Assembly (NCBI GenBank): GCA_965140705.1
Contig: OZ223300.1
Coordinates: 992,001 to 1,056,000 of the forward strand
Source: an uncultured Arcobacter sp.
GTDB lineage: Bacteria > Campylobacterota > Campylobacteria > Campylobacterales > Arcobacteraceae
Direction: 5' to 3'
Length of the DNA stretch: 64,000 bases
In this document: piece by piece, positions 21,134-31,889 of the stretch
Layout: every line of letters starts with the position of its first letter
Position numbering within the stretch: position 1 is the stretch's first letter
Notes under the pieces: model-generated
What the model was told of the DNA's origin: nothing
Database searches by the model: none
What the model saw: the letters and a program-made list of their open reading frames with translations, nothing else
Made by a program: the position numbers and the translations under genes

Positions 21134-21733
21134 CTATACTTTGTAAGAAGACCAAGCTTTAGAATCGAGGTTGTGATTGTGTCCTCTTGATAAAACTCTT
21201 TTTCTAAAGATTTCTGAAACTTTTTCGGCATCTCCTACTAAAAGTGCATTTGTAGAACATACTGATGCACATAAAGGAACTTTACCTTCGGCAATTCTAT
21301 TTTGACCATAAAGTTCTCTCTCTTCTTTTGAGTTAGTCTCTTCTGGACCACCTGCACACATTGTACATTTATCCATTTCACCTTTTGTACCAAAGGCTCC
21401 ATCCCTTGGAAATTGTGGGGCTCCAAAAGGGCAAGCATATAAACAATACCCACATCCTATACATTTGTGTTTATCATGCAGTACTATTCCATCTTCTCTT
21501 ATATAGAAACAATCAACTGGACACACCTTTTCACAAGGTGCATCTGTACAGTGCATACAAGCAATAGATAAAGAGTATTCTAATCCTTCGATACCTTCAT
21601 CTATTGTAATAACTTTTCTTCTACTAATACCAGTTGGTAATTCATGAGCTTCAGAGCAACCTACAGTACAAGCAAAACATTCAATACATCTATCTTCATC
21701 ACAATAGAATTTCATTCTAGCCATTTCACTCAT
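21134..21733 (-). CDS. fdhB: Formate dehydrogenase iron-sulfur subunit, cluster 2
   Basis: Four 4Fe-4S Cys motifs; paralogue of 13986-14582. Confidence 0.94.
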   Translation of the reverse strand: MSEMARMKFYCDEDRCIECFACTVGCSEAHELPTGISRRKVITIDEGIEGLEYSLSIACMHCTDAPCEKVCPVDCFYIREDGIVLHDKHKCIGCGYCLYACPFGAPQFPRDGAFGTKGEMDKCTMCAGGPEETNSKEERELYGQNRIAEGKVPLCASVCSTNALLVGDAEKVSEIFRKRVLSRGHNHNLDSKAWSSYKV

Positions 21734-21736
21734 CTT

Positions 21737-24583
21737 CTAGCCCTCCGCTTTCACAATTTTACATAATCCAGCATTGAACTCTGGTATTTGAGTAATGATG
21801 TCAAATCCATAATTCGTAATAGTATTTGAACTTTCACCTATTGCATAAGGTTTAGTTCCTTCTGGATAATTAGCACTCATATCAACACCTTGCATATGTC
21901 CTGCAAAGTTATATGGCAAGGCAATTCTATCTGGTGTAACTCTAGTACTATATTGTGCTTTTACTTTTATTTTTGTACCTTGTGGTGAATGTAACCACAT
22001 CATATCACCATCTTGAATATCATGACTTTGAGCCAATTCAGGATTAATATTTGCAAACATTTCTGGTGTGATATGAGAAAGATATTTACTAGTTCTTTCT
22101 AACATTCCTGCACCACTTAAGTTTACAACTCTCATCGTAACTAACATAGTAGGGAACTCTTTAGACCAATCTTGAGCCATTTGCTCTGATTTAAATCTAA
22201 CATCAACTCTAAAGTTGTTTTTTTGATCCTCATAAGTTGGATATTTTCTTACTAAATCCATTCTTGGTGAGTGAATTGGTTCTCTATGTAATGGAGTTTG
22301 ATCAGGGAATGTCCAAACTCTTGCTCTAGCTTTTGCATTTCCATATACACAAACACCTGCTTCATCACATTTTTCTTGAATAATTCCACTAATATCTGTT
22401 TTCCAGTTTGTACCAATTTTTCTTTTTTCATCTTCTGTTAATTTGATTCCAAGAACTTCTTCTATGTTATCTTTAGTGATTTCTGGATAACCACCTTTGA
22501 TTTTTGATCCTTTTACAGAAACACTTTCATCTGGAAGTTGTGAAACTCCATTATGTTCTAGTCCAAATCTATTTCTAAATCCCATACCACCTTTACTAAC
22601 TGGTGTATCAACATCATATAATATTGGGCTTCCTGGATGTTTTGTTGTCCAAGACGGCCAAGGTAAACCATAATATTGACCTTTCATTTTCCCATGTCCT
22701 TCTAGACTTATAGGATCAAATAAATTCCAATTTTCTTGGTGCTCTTTTAATCTTTTTGCAGTCCATCCACCAAGACCAATAGTTTTAACAATTCTTGCTA
22801 GTTCATCTGCTGCATCATCTGGCCAAGTAAACTCTTTTTTTACTTCTTTTAATTCACCATTTACAACTTGCATTTTCATAGCTCTTGTAAATTCATCATA
22901 AAAACCAAATTTTTTAGCAAACTCAAACATTACATCATGATCAGTTTTACTTTCATATAAAGGATCAACTACTTTAGTTCTCCATTGAGATGTTCTATTT
23001 GTAGCTGTAACACTTCCTTCAGTTTCAAACTGAGTTCCAACTGGTAAAATATAAACGTCATCTTGTTTACTTGTAATTACTGCTGCTTCATTTACAAATG
23101 GTTCAGCTATAACTAAAAGATCCAATTTATCTAAGGCTTCTTGAACTTTAGCAGTTTGTGCCATAGAAGTAATACCATTACCTTGTACCCATAAGGCTTT
23201 AATAGGGCTTGAAGAGTATGTTTTTTCTTCTTGTAATACACCTTGCCACCATTTTGCTAATGAGAATCCTTTTTCATTCATCCATTTTGGAGAATAAAAT
23301 CTATCTTGTAACCATTTATAATCTAGTCCCCAAGCTTTAGCATAATATTTCCAAGATGCTTCACCTAAACCATAATAACCAGGTAAACTATCAGCAAGAC
23401 AACACATATCAGTAGAACCTTGAACATTGTCATGTCCTCTAATAATATTACATCCTCCACCTTTTTTACCCATATTTCCAAGTACTAATTGTAAGATTGG
23501 AAGTATTCTAGTATTTGATGTTCCTGTACTATGTTGAGTAATACCTAGTGCCCAAACAACAGTCATTGGTTTAGTTTTAGCTAAAAGAGTTGCTATTTGT
23601 ATAATTTGATCTGCTGAAACACCTGTAACATTTGCTGTCTCTTCAGGAGTCCATTTTTTAGCTTCTTCTCTAACTTCATCCATTCCATATACTCTATTTT
23701 CTATGAAACTTTTATCTTCCCAACCATTTTTAAATATAACATGTAATAAACCATATATAAATGCTACATCTGTACCTGTTCTAATTCTTAAATAATGATC
23801 TGCTTTTGCAGCAGATTTTGTGAAAACTGGATCTACTACAATCAGTTTTGCATTGTTTCTATCTTTTGCTTGTAGAAAGTGTTTAAATCCAATTGGATTT
23901 GAAACAGCTGAATTTGCTCCAATCATAAAAATAGCTTTTGAGTTTCCGACAACATCACCAAAATGATTTGTCATAGCGCCATAACCCCATGTATTCGCCA
24001 CACCGGCGACAGTTGCACTATGTCAAATTCTAGCTACGTGATCGATATTATTCGTACCCCACATTGCAGCAAACTTTCTGAAATAAAAAGCTTGTTGTAA
24101 ATTAAATTTTGCTGATCCTAAGAACATTGCAACATCAGGACCACTCTCTTTTCTTAGTTTTAACATCTTTTCAGAGATTTCATTAATAGCAGTTTCCCAA
24201 GAGATTCTTTGCCATTTCCCAGCAACTTTTTTTAGTGGATATTTGACTCTTTGTTTACTTTTTACTAAATCAATTTGATCAATACCTTTACAGCAATGAC
24301 TTCCTTGACTAATAGGATGCTCTTGTGCTACATCTTGTCTTACCCAAACACCATTTTGAACTTCTGCAATTATTCCACATCCAGCAGAACATACACTACA
24401 TATTGTTTTTACTTTCTTTGAACCTGGAAAAGGATTTTTAACTTCTTCTTCTGTGGCTTCTCGTACTTTGTCATCTGAAGCAAATAGTTTTGTTGCTCCA
24501 ATTCCTGCACCTACAGAAGCTAGTTTTAAAAAGTTTCTTCTTCCTAATTTCAAAGATAAGTTATCGAGTATATTTTTACCCAT
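21737..24583 (-). CDS. fdhA: Selenocysteine-containing formate dehydrogenase alpha subunit, cluster 2 (948 aa, Sec at 24023-24025)
   Basis: In-frame join ARI-U-HSATVAG; Tat motif GRRNFLK; CSVCSAGC; RGHDNVQG. Confidence 0.95.
23995..24009 (-). promoter_or_regulatory. SECIS apical hairpin of fdhA cluster 2
   Basis: TCGCC-GGTGT-GGCGA, same spacing from the UGA as in cluster 1. Confidence 0.8.
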
Positions 24584-24596
24584 TATCTTCTGTTCC

Positions 24597-24797
24597 TTAA
24601 TTACTTGCTTTATAAAAAGCTTCCCATTCAGGTGTTAGTCTATATAAAATCTCTTTTTTAGGAGATTTCCCAACAACTACACCGTTAGAATCATTTTTTT
24701 CATTACTACTTGCAATTGCTGTAGTAACACCAGTTGCAGCTAAAACTGCACTCGTACCAAGAGCTTTTTTAATAAAACTCCTTCTTTGTTCTTTCAT
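24597..24797 (-). CDS. Small Tat-signal FDH-associated protein, cluster 2
   Basis: GGGAGA RBS, MKEQRRSFIKK; paralogue of 17409-17633. Confidence 0.85.
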   Translation of the reverse strand: MKEQRRSFIKKALGTSAVLAATGVTTAIASSNEKNDSNGVVVGKSPKKEILYRLTPEWEAFYKASN

Positions 24798-24936
24798 ATT
24801 TTTCTCCCAAGATAAATTCTCATTAAGAGATAATTCAAAAAAGCTAACTTTTCTCAATTATCTCCTATATTTGTAATAATTACATGTGAGTATGACCTTA
24901 AAGTGACATATGATGCTGTAAAGGCAAAATATAAAA

Positions 24937-25620
24937 CTAAAGCTCCTTTTTTCTTTTTTTCTTAAATCCTTTCTTACTTTTGTGAAGATTTTTTTCTTCA
25001 TTAATTTTTTCATTATCATCTATTTTGATATTTAAATAAGCTCTTTCAAGTTCAATAAATACTTTTAATAAAATTGCTACTTCCTTATAAAAAACACTAC
25101 TTTCATGTGAGTATAATTTCCCAATAAATAAATCAATTACATCATTCATTACAATTTTATAAATATCATTAATTATTTGATTTTCACTTTGTGAATAATC
25201 TTCTTCAATCAATGTTTGTATAAAAGTAAATATAAAACTTATATGATCTTCTGCTTCTTTAAATTTTTCACTATCTTTTCTGAATTTAGTTTGTAAGATT
25301 AGGTTTGTCATTTCAAGTCTTCTTTTCCCATCATCTCTACCTTCTGCATAATAAGAGGCTGTTGTAGGAATAAAAGAAGTACTAAGACTAAAGAAAACTT
25401 CATTGTTTTCTTCTTGTAGTTTTTTTAAACCATTTTCTTGAAGAAAACTTTTCATAGCTTTTAGGGCTTTGTCACTATGCTCATCTATTGGGCTAGTACT
25501 TAATATATTTATTGTATTTTGTATGTTTTCATATTTTTTTTTATCATTTATAAATGAAAATAGAGATGAAAAAAGTCCATAATAAAGTGCTCTTGCTCTA
25601 TTTACTTCTTGATTATTCAT
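24937..25620 (-). CDS. TorD/DmsD-family chaperone, cluster 2
   Basis: TASYY, AEDH motifs. Confidence 0.85.
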   Translation of the reverse strand: MNNQEVNRARALYYGLFSSLFSFINDKKKYENIQNTINILSTSPIDEHSDKALKAMKSFLQENGLKKLQEENNEVFFSLSTSFIPTTASYYAEGRDDGKRRLEMTNLILQTKFRKDSEKFKEAEDHISFIFTFIQTLIEEDYSQSENQIINDIYKIVMNDVIDLFIGKLYSHESSVFYKEVAILLKVFIELERAYLNIKIDDNEKINEEKNLHKSKKGFKKKRKKEL

Positions 25621-25771
25621 AATATTTATCCTTTAGTACTGGTAATAATTTTTTTGATAATGTTCGAAGTGCAATTGAACTTTTTGTGTAAGTTGATTTT
25701 TCTAATTTAGTTTTTAAAAAAATAATTTGTATTTCCGTTTTAAATAAATAAAAACAATTGCACATAACATA

Positions 25772-25797
25772 TGCCTTAAGGTAAAAATTAATTTACC
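25772..25797. promoter_or_regulatory. Putative operator GGTAAA-N6-TTTACC between FDH cluster 2 and the sensor operon
   Basis: Inverted repeat at 25780-25797 recurring at three other promoters. Confidence 0.5.
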
Positions 25798-25927
25798 AAT
25801 TTTAGTTACATTTAACTTTGGTTATTCTTAAATAATTAATATTTAGTTATTAAAGTTAATTATATTTACAAATTTATTTAAATTTAAGTTTTATATTATG
25901 TTATAATGTGGCTTTTAAGGAGTTATA

Positions 25928-27073
25928 TTGTTCAAGTATATATTTTTTGTTGTGATAGTTATATTTGCAAGTTATAAGATATTAGGAGTTGATACATATG
26001 ATAGTAAAACCATTGTAGTTGGCTCTTCTTTACCAAAAACAGGAATAATAAAATCCTGGGGAGAATCTGTTATTTCTGGTGCAAATTCTTATTTTAAGTT
26101 TGTAAATGACACAAAATTATTGGGTGATGAGAGAATAAAATTTTTGACTTATGATGACAAGTATGAGCCTGAGTTAACTATAGACAATACAGAAAAACTA
26201 ATTAACACTGATAAAGTTTTTGCTTTATTTGGTTTTGTAGGTACTCCAACGGTAAAAGCAATTTTACCAATATTACAAGATAGTAAGATACCTTTTTTTG
26301 CTTCATTTACAGGTGCCTCTTTTCTAAGAAATGAAGAGAATAATAATTTTATAAATCTAAGAAATTCTTATGGGCAGGAGATTGAAAAATTAGTTTATTA
26401 TTTAAATAATAAAAAGGGTTTAAAAAGAATAGCTGTTTTTTATCAAAATGATGATTATGGAGAGGAGGGGTATGTTGCACTTTTAAAGAGTTTAAAAAGC
26501 AGAAATTTACCTTTAATTTCTGAGGGTTCATATAAAAGAAATACTTTATCTATTACTCATGCTTTTAATGAAATAAAAGATGCAAAACCAGAAGCTATAA
26601 TTATGATTGGTGCTTATCAATCAAATGCACTTTTTATAAAAAAAGCAAAAGAGAATAAAAACTTTAAAAATACTATTTTTTGTAATATATCTTTTGGAGA
26701 TGCAAATGCTATGGTAAAAGAGTTACATAAATATAAAGTTGATACTAAAAATTTGATTTTTTCTCAAGTTGTACCAAGTTATACAGATACTTCTCTTCCT
26801 GTTGTTAATGAGTACCAAGCTTTGATGAAAAAATATTATCCAAATACCAAATTAGGGTTTATCTCTTTTGAAGCATTTTTAGGTGCAAAAGTTTTAGTAA
26901 GTGCAATCTCAAGAATAAAGGGTAAAAAGACAAGAGAAAAATTGATTTCAGCTTTGGAAAGTACTCCTCAAAGTGTGTTAGAAGGTATTAATATAAATTA
27001 CAAAAAATCTCAACTTTTAGATAAGACATATCTTTTTAGATATAAAAATAAAACTTTTACTGAGATTAAATAA
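25928..27073 (+). CDS. Periplasmic ligand-binding protein (type 1 PBP, LivJ-like)
   Basis: YDDKYEP, VFALFGFVGTPT, FYQNDDYG; N-terminal anchor. Confidence 0.85.
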   Translation: MFKYIFFVVIVIFASYKILGVDTYDSKTIVVGSSLPKTGIIKSWGESVISGANSYFKFVNDTKLLGDERIKFLTYDDKYEPELTIDNTEKLINTDKVFALFGFVGTPTVKAILPILQDSKIPFFASFTGASFLRNEENNNFINLRNSYGQEIEKLVYYLNNKKGLKRIAVFYQNDDYGEEGYVALLKSLKSRNLPLISEGSYKRNTLSITHAFNEIKDAKPEAIIMIGAYQSNALFIKKAKENKNFKNTIFCNISFGDANAMVKELHKYKVDTKNLIFSQVVPSYTDTSLPVVNEYQALMKKYYPNTKLGFISFEAFLGAKVLVSAISRIKGKKTREKLISALESTPQSVLEGININYKKSQLLDKTYLFRYKNKTFTEIK

Positions 27074-28656
27074 TGAAGAATTTTTTCTATAAAATTTTAG
27101 CCTATTTTGATAAATTAAGTTTTTCTTACAAAACATATTTTTTGATTTTTATTATAGCTAGTGGAATGATTTGTATAGTGCTATTATCTCAAATATCAAT
27201 TTTCACATTAAAAGAAGATTTTGACCGATTTTTTAATAAAAGAACAAAATCATTAATAAAATTAGAAAATATAAAAGATACATATAAAGTAAATATACAA
27301 GATACCTTAAAAGATTTGGATAATAAAAATCTAAACTTTGAACAAGCAGAGGGTGTATTATCTTTGGGTAAACAATTAATTAGAAAAAACTGGGAATCAT
27401 ACAAAAAAGATATAAATAAAGACTCAGAAGTAATTATAAGCTCTTTTATTAAAAAATTTATTATTACAAGAAATTCCAATGGTGATAATGAAATTTTAAA
27501 AGAGAATATTATGAAAAACATTGATTCTAAAATGAAATTAATAGAAAAGATGTTAGTTAGATTAAATTATAAACCCAATAAGAAAGAGATAGTAAATCTA
27601 AATTTACAAATAAATGCTATAAGTATATATATAACTAGTTTGATTAATTATGATTTATCAATTGCTATAAATGAAAAAAATGATACTCAAAAGGTATTTA
27701 AAATAATCATTGTATTTTCTATTATTTCGATATTTATGGTATTTTTATTCTCTATTCTTTTATCTATTTTTATTACAAATAACTTTAAAAAACTTAATAA
27801 TTCATTGGAAGAAAATGTTGCTGAGAAAACAAAAGAATTGATAAAATTAAATGACAACCTAGAAAAGAGAATATCTAAAGAAGTACAGCAAAATAGAAAA
27901 AAAGATATTATTATGTTCCAACAAGCAAGATTTGCAAGTTTGGGTGAGATGCTAAATAATATAGCTCATCAATGGAGACAACCTTTAGGTTCTATTACTA
28001 TGATTATACAAAGTTTCCAAACAAAAATGAGTTTAGGAAAACTTACAGATGAATTTATAGATGAAAAAGTAAATGATGCTTTATTGCTTGCAAATAATAT
28101 GTCAAATACCTTGGATGATTTTAAAAACTTTTTTTCACCCGATAAAGCAAAAATAAAATTTGATATTGAAAAATGTATTGAACACTCAATAGAGTTATCA
28201 AAATATCTTCTTTCAAAGGAGAATATTAAAATTGAACTTGTTATAAAAGATAAAATTACTCTAAATAGTTATTATAATGAAATTTCACATGTATTTTTAA
28301 ATATTATTTCAAATTCAAAAGATGCTTTATCTTCTAATGTTGATAAAAATGATAGAATTATTAAAATAATGGTTAATAAATATAAAAATAATGCAATTAT
28401 AAATATGCTAGACAATGGTGGTGGAATTCCAGAAGAAATTGTTCCTAAAATCTTTGAGCCTTATTATACAACAAAATATAAAAGTGCAGGTACAGGAATA
28501 GGGCTTTATATGTCAAAACAAATTATTGAAAAACATATAAATGGATCAATTATTTATAAGAATGTTGTGCATAAAATTAAAGATAATAAAAACTATAATT
28601 GTTCACTTTTTACAATTAAAATACCAATAAATGATGGGGATATAAATGGAAAATAG
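27073..28656 (+). CDS. Sensor histidine kinase
   Basis: Two TM segments; IAHQWRQPL H-box, DNGGGI, GTGIGL. Confidence 0.93.
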   Translation: MKNFFYKILAYFDKLSFSYKTYFLIFIIASGMICIVLLSQISIFTLKEDFDRFFNKRTKSLIKLENIKDTYKVNIQDTLKDLDNKNLNFEQAEGVLSLGKQLIRKNWESYKKDINKDSEVIISSFIKKFIITRNSNGDNEILKENIMKNIDSKMKLIEKMLVRLNYKPNKKEIVNLNLQINAISIYITSLINYDLSIAINEKNDTQKVFKIIIVFSIISIFMVFLFSILLSIFITNNFKKLNNSLEENVAEKTKELIKLNDNLEKRISKEVQQNRKKDIIMFQQARFASLGEMLNNIAHQWRQPLGSITMIIQSFQTKMSLGKLTDEFIDEKVNDALLLANNMSNTLDDFKNFFSPDKAKIKFDIEKCIEHSIELSKYLLSKENIKIELVIKDKITLNSYYNEISHVFLNIISNSKDALSSNVDKNDRIIKIMVNKYKNNAIINMLDNGGGIPEEIVPKIFEPYYTTKYKSAGTGIGLYMSKQIIEKHINGSIIYKNVVHKIKDNKNYNCSLFTIKIPINDGDINGK

Positions 28657-29308
28657 AAATTTAGGTATCTTAAAAGATTTTAATATTTTGTATTTGGAAG
28701 ATGATGAAAACTTGTTAAAACATACAGCTGATGTGTTAGAAGATTTTGTATATAATATATATGCAGTTAAAACTTCAAGTGAAGCAATGGAAGTTTTACT
28801 AAATAAAAAAGTTGATGCTATTATTTCTGATATTTTATTGGAAAATGAGAATGGAATTGATTTTTTAAAACATATTAAAAGTAAAAATATTAATATTCCT
28901 ACTATTCTTACAACAGCTCATACAGATACAAATTATTTACTTGATGCGATAAAATTAAAAGTTGAAAACTATATAGTAAAACCTATAAATATAAAAGAGT
29001 TACTTAATACTTTGCATGATATTTTGTTACCAATTGTTCAAGAAAAAGAGATACAAAAAAGTAGAAGTGTTATAAGAACAATTGCTGCAATTACTGATAG
29101 TAAGCAGGTGGCTATTGTAAAACATATTATAAATAATTTAGATAATGAAAGTCATTTTATAGCTTCATATACAGATATTATGGAAGAGTTTTCTATCTCA
29201 AAACCAACTTTAATAAAACTTTTTAAAGAGCTTTCAGAAAAAAATATTTTAGTAAAAGTACAGCATAAAACTTATAGGTTCACTGCTCCTACTTTGGAGA
29301 GTTTATAA
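28646..29308 (+). CDS. Response regulator with C-terminal helix-turn-helix
   Basis: LEDD, ISDI, KP receiver motifs; SYTDIMEEFSISKPTLIKLFKEL HTH. Confidence 0.9.
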   Translation: MENRNLGILKDFNILYLEDDENLLKHTADVLEDFVYNIYAVKTSSEAMEVLLNKKVDAIISDILLENENGIDFLKHIKSKNINIPTILTTAHTDTNYLLDAIKLKVENYIVKPINIKELLNTLHDILLPIVQEKEIQKSRSVIRTIAAITDSKQVAIVKHIINNLDNESHFIASYTDIMEEFSISKPTLIKLFKELSEKNILVKVQHKTYRFTAPTLESL

Positions 29309-29483
29309 ATAAATTATGAGATAAAAAACTTATTTCATAATTAAGTTTATAATATTATGGCTTTTATGTATATAGTGATAAAAAATATTTAGTTTATTTG
29401 AATTTTATTTCGCTAATATCCTCCTGAATTTTTTGGACAATTACATTGTTTGAAAATAATATAAAATACTATCAAGGATAAAA

Positions 29484-29918
29484 ATGGGAAATATCGAAAA
29501 AAGCTGTACTCAAGCAGAATGTAATTATTCAGATGCAGCAAAACTAGTATTAAGATTTACAGTTGGCTTTTTACTTTTATTTCATGGAGTAGCTAAAATA
29601 AATTATGGTATATCATTCATAGAAGATTTATTGGCTAGTAAAGGACTACCAACTATTATTGCTTATGGTTCATATATTGGTGAGATTGTTGCTCCTATAA
29701 TGCTAATAATAGGTTTTAGAGTAAGAATAGCTTCTGTAATTATTTTCTTTACATTAATTATGGCAGTTTTTCTTGGACATTTAGATGACTTCTTCACATT
29801 ATCAGAAGTTGGTGCATGGGCAATGGAAGTTCAGATATTTTATCTTATGGGTTCTTTAGCAATTTTTTTACAAGGTGCTGGGAAATATAGTATTGATGGC
29901 TGTACTAAGAATAAATAA
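29484..29918 (+). CDS. DoxX-family membrane protein
   Basis: LRFTVGFLLLFHG, GAGKYSID. Confidence 0.88.
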   Translation: MGNIEKSCTQAECNYSDAAKLVLRFTVGFLLLFHGVAKINYGISFIEDLLASKGLPTIIAYGSYIGEIVAPIMLIIGFRVRIASVIIFFTLIMAVFLGHLDDFFTLSEVGAWAMEVQIFYLMGSLAIFLQGAGKYSIDGCTKNK

Positions 29919-29924
29919 TACATA

Positions 29925-29957
29925 AAAAAAGCTTCACTTTAAAGGTGAAGCTTTTTT
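29925..29957. terminator. Bidirectional terminator
   Basis: A-run/GCTTCAC...GTGAAGC/T-run between convergent genes. Confidence 0.75.
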
Positions 29958-30234
29958 ATTTTGTATATTTAGAGGTAGATAAAACAATACCTTCATATGA
30001 AGTTGTTTTAATAGCTGCTAATATATCAGCTATTTTTACTTTGTCATCATAAATAACTGTTGCTTTTTTTGTATTTAGTCTTACACTAACTTTTTCTACA
30101 CCATCAACTTTTTTAATTGCTTTTTTTACAGCAATAGTACATAAAGGACAATGCATTTTTTCAACTTTTATAATGCTAATATTTGAAGCAAAAATAAAAG
30201 AACATAAAGATAAAAGTAAAATAAATGTTTTCAT
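29956..30234 (-). CDS. Exported HMA-domain (MerP-like) metal-binding protein
   Basis: Signal peptide, KMHCPLC..AVKKAI..VDGV. Confidence 0.85.
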   Translation of the reverse strand: MKTFILLLSLCSFIFASNISIIKVEKMHCPLCTIAVKKAIKKVDGVEKVSVRLNTKKATVIYDDKVKIADILAAIKTTSYEGIVLSTSKYTK

Positions 30235-30236
30235 AT

Positions 30237-30563
30237 TCAATCCATAAATAGTGGTATTAGCTCAGGGTATAATAATAAAAAAAAGATTAAAGAAAAAAAT
30301 AGTGTTGCAAAGATAATTTGTACTGCTCTTTGTTTTTTTGTACATTTACATGATATTTTCTTTTTAAATCTTTTTATTCCTAAAAATAGTAGTGCAAAGG
30401 TTATTATAACCATTGGAATTCTTAAAAAACCAAGTTCAGTAAAATAGGTCAATACTCCACTTGATATTCCAAAAAATAAGAATAAAAATGCTGGTAAACA
30501 GCATAGTGTTGATAATAGGGCAGTTAATACTGCTCCTATTATCGGAATATTTATTTTATTCAT
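30237..30563 (-). CDS. MerT-like three-TM transporter
   Basis: TLCCLP in TM1, loop CKC, coupled to the MerP-like gene. Confidence 0.75.
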   Translation of the reverse strand: MNKINIPIIGAVLTALLSTLCCLPAFLFLFFGISSGVLTYFTELGFLRIPMVIITFALLFLGIKRFKKKISCKCTKKQRAVQIIFATLFFSLIFFLLLYPELIPLFMD

Positions 30564-31651
30564 TTATGCTCTTGTGAGATATAACTATAAGAGAAGTTTT
30601 TCGCATCATAATAATCTAATGGATCTTCTCCATTTTCTGCATATGGATATCCTAACATATTAAGTGGATATTGTGCAGGTTTTGGATTTAGTACAAAATC
30701 TCTTGCATAGTTAAATGCTACCCAGTTCATTTCCCAATTTCCAAACATGAATTTTTTCGCATCTTTTACTTTTTGGTCTGCATTTGTAAGTTTTTCTGCA
30801 AGTCTTACTTTTGTAACATCAGCAGGATCAGCAGGAACCCAACCTAAACCACTTAGGTAAAACTCTGCACGACAATGTTGACCACCAGTTATTTTTGCTA
30901 AACCATTTGCATCTGCTTTACCGCAAGCTTTAGCAATTTTTGATTTACCAACTCTTATTCCAAATACTTCTCTTGCTGGAATATTTGCATTTCTAAGTAG
31001 TGTTACAAAAACAGAACTAATATCTGTACATTTTCCACCATAAATTTTCTCTTCGATTGCTTTTTTAGCATCACCAACTCCACAGCCAATTACACTATTA
31101 TCTCTGTACATAGTTGTAACTGTCCAATCATAGATTGCTCTAGCTTTTTCAAGTGGAGTTTTTGCATCTTTGATTATATTATCAGTAAATGCTTTCATTT
31201 TATCACTTACTGGAATATGTTTAGTTCCTTCTAAGAATTTTTGAACATCTTTAGGGTAGTTCATATTATTTTTAGCAAGTTTTAGATTATGTTCTTTTTG
31301 CATAGTTACCATATCAATTGTAACAGTTAAGACTCTTTTTTTAGTCCCTTTGTTCCATTTTGCATAAAGTACTTTTGTATCATAGTCATTTTTTGCTATA
31401 TATGCTTCTGCATAGTTTCCTTCATACTTTAAGTTTACAACTTTTTGATATGCAGAATCAAGAGGAATTGGAACCCATAATTGAGTCTCTTCATCACTTG
31501 GTTTGATCTCAAATTTATTTGTAATTGTAAATTTTCTAGTACCTTCTTTGATTCCAAAAGCATTTGTCTCTTTTGCGCTTAAAAAGCTTGGGCTTACAAG
31601 CATAGTTGTAGTAAGTAGTGCTGAACCTTTTAAAAATGTTCTTCTTTCCAT
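30560..31651 (-). CDS. Tat-exported transglutaminase-like (Cys-His-Asp) protein
   Basis: MERRTFLK; GGKCTD, QHCRAEFY, WVPADP. Confidence 0.85.
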   Translation of the reverse strand: MERRTFLKGSALLTTTMLVSPSFLSAKETNAFGIKEGTRKFTITNKFEIKPSDEETQLWVPIPLDSAYQKVVNLKYEGNYAEAYIAKNDYDTKVLYAKWNKGTKKRVLTVTIDMVTMQKEHNLKLAKNNMNYPKDVQKFLEGTKHIPVSDKMKAFTDNIIKDAKTPLEKARAIYDWTVTTMYRDNSVIGCGVGDAKKAIEEKIYGGKCTDISSVFVTLLRNANIPAREVFGIRVGKSKIAKACGKADANGLAKITGGQHCRAEFYLSGLGWVPADPADVTKVRLAEKLTNADQKVKDAKKFMFGNWEMNWVAFNYARDFVLNPKPAQYPLNMLGYPYAENGEDPLDYYDAKNFSYSYISQEHK

Positions 31652-31781
31652 GGGTAATAACCTCTAATAGTATTTCGTCCTATCAAGAGATAAAGTAAAT
31701 AAATTCACATTAACTCAAACCATAACCTATGGTCTTGAACTATATTTATCCCATAATGGTATTGTAAGATTTATAAACATG

Positions 31782-31808
31782 TGCTTAAAAAGTAAAAAAT
31801 ATTTTACC
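31782..31808. promoter_or_regulatory. Putative operator TGCTTAAAAA-GTAAA-N6-TTTAC in a divergent promoter
   Basis: Near-identical to 34531-34556. Confidence 0.55.
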
Positions 31809-31889
31809 TAGCTTTAAACACATTTTAATAAATTGAGTTGTAATATATTTTAAAACAACCTATGGAATAGGTACACATAAAGGTATAAA

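Noticed and set aside
14593..24583. fdhA genes (and selD at 34699) as pseudogenes with premature stops
   Set aside because: The stops are UGA at the catalytic Cys/Sec position, with SECIS hairpins and a full sel gene set nearby.
24937..24985. Frameshift in A-runs at the end of chaperone 2
   Set aside because: A Lys-rich tail with a normal stop; no evident continuation in other frames.
25759..25776. Sigma-54 promoter on the minus strand (GGCA...TGC)
   Set aside because: GG-to-GC spacing is 12 nt, not the required 10.
29956..30563. Mercury resistance operon
   Set aside because: No merA, merR or transposon features in the window.
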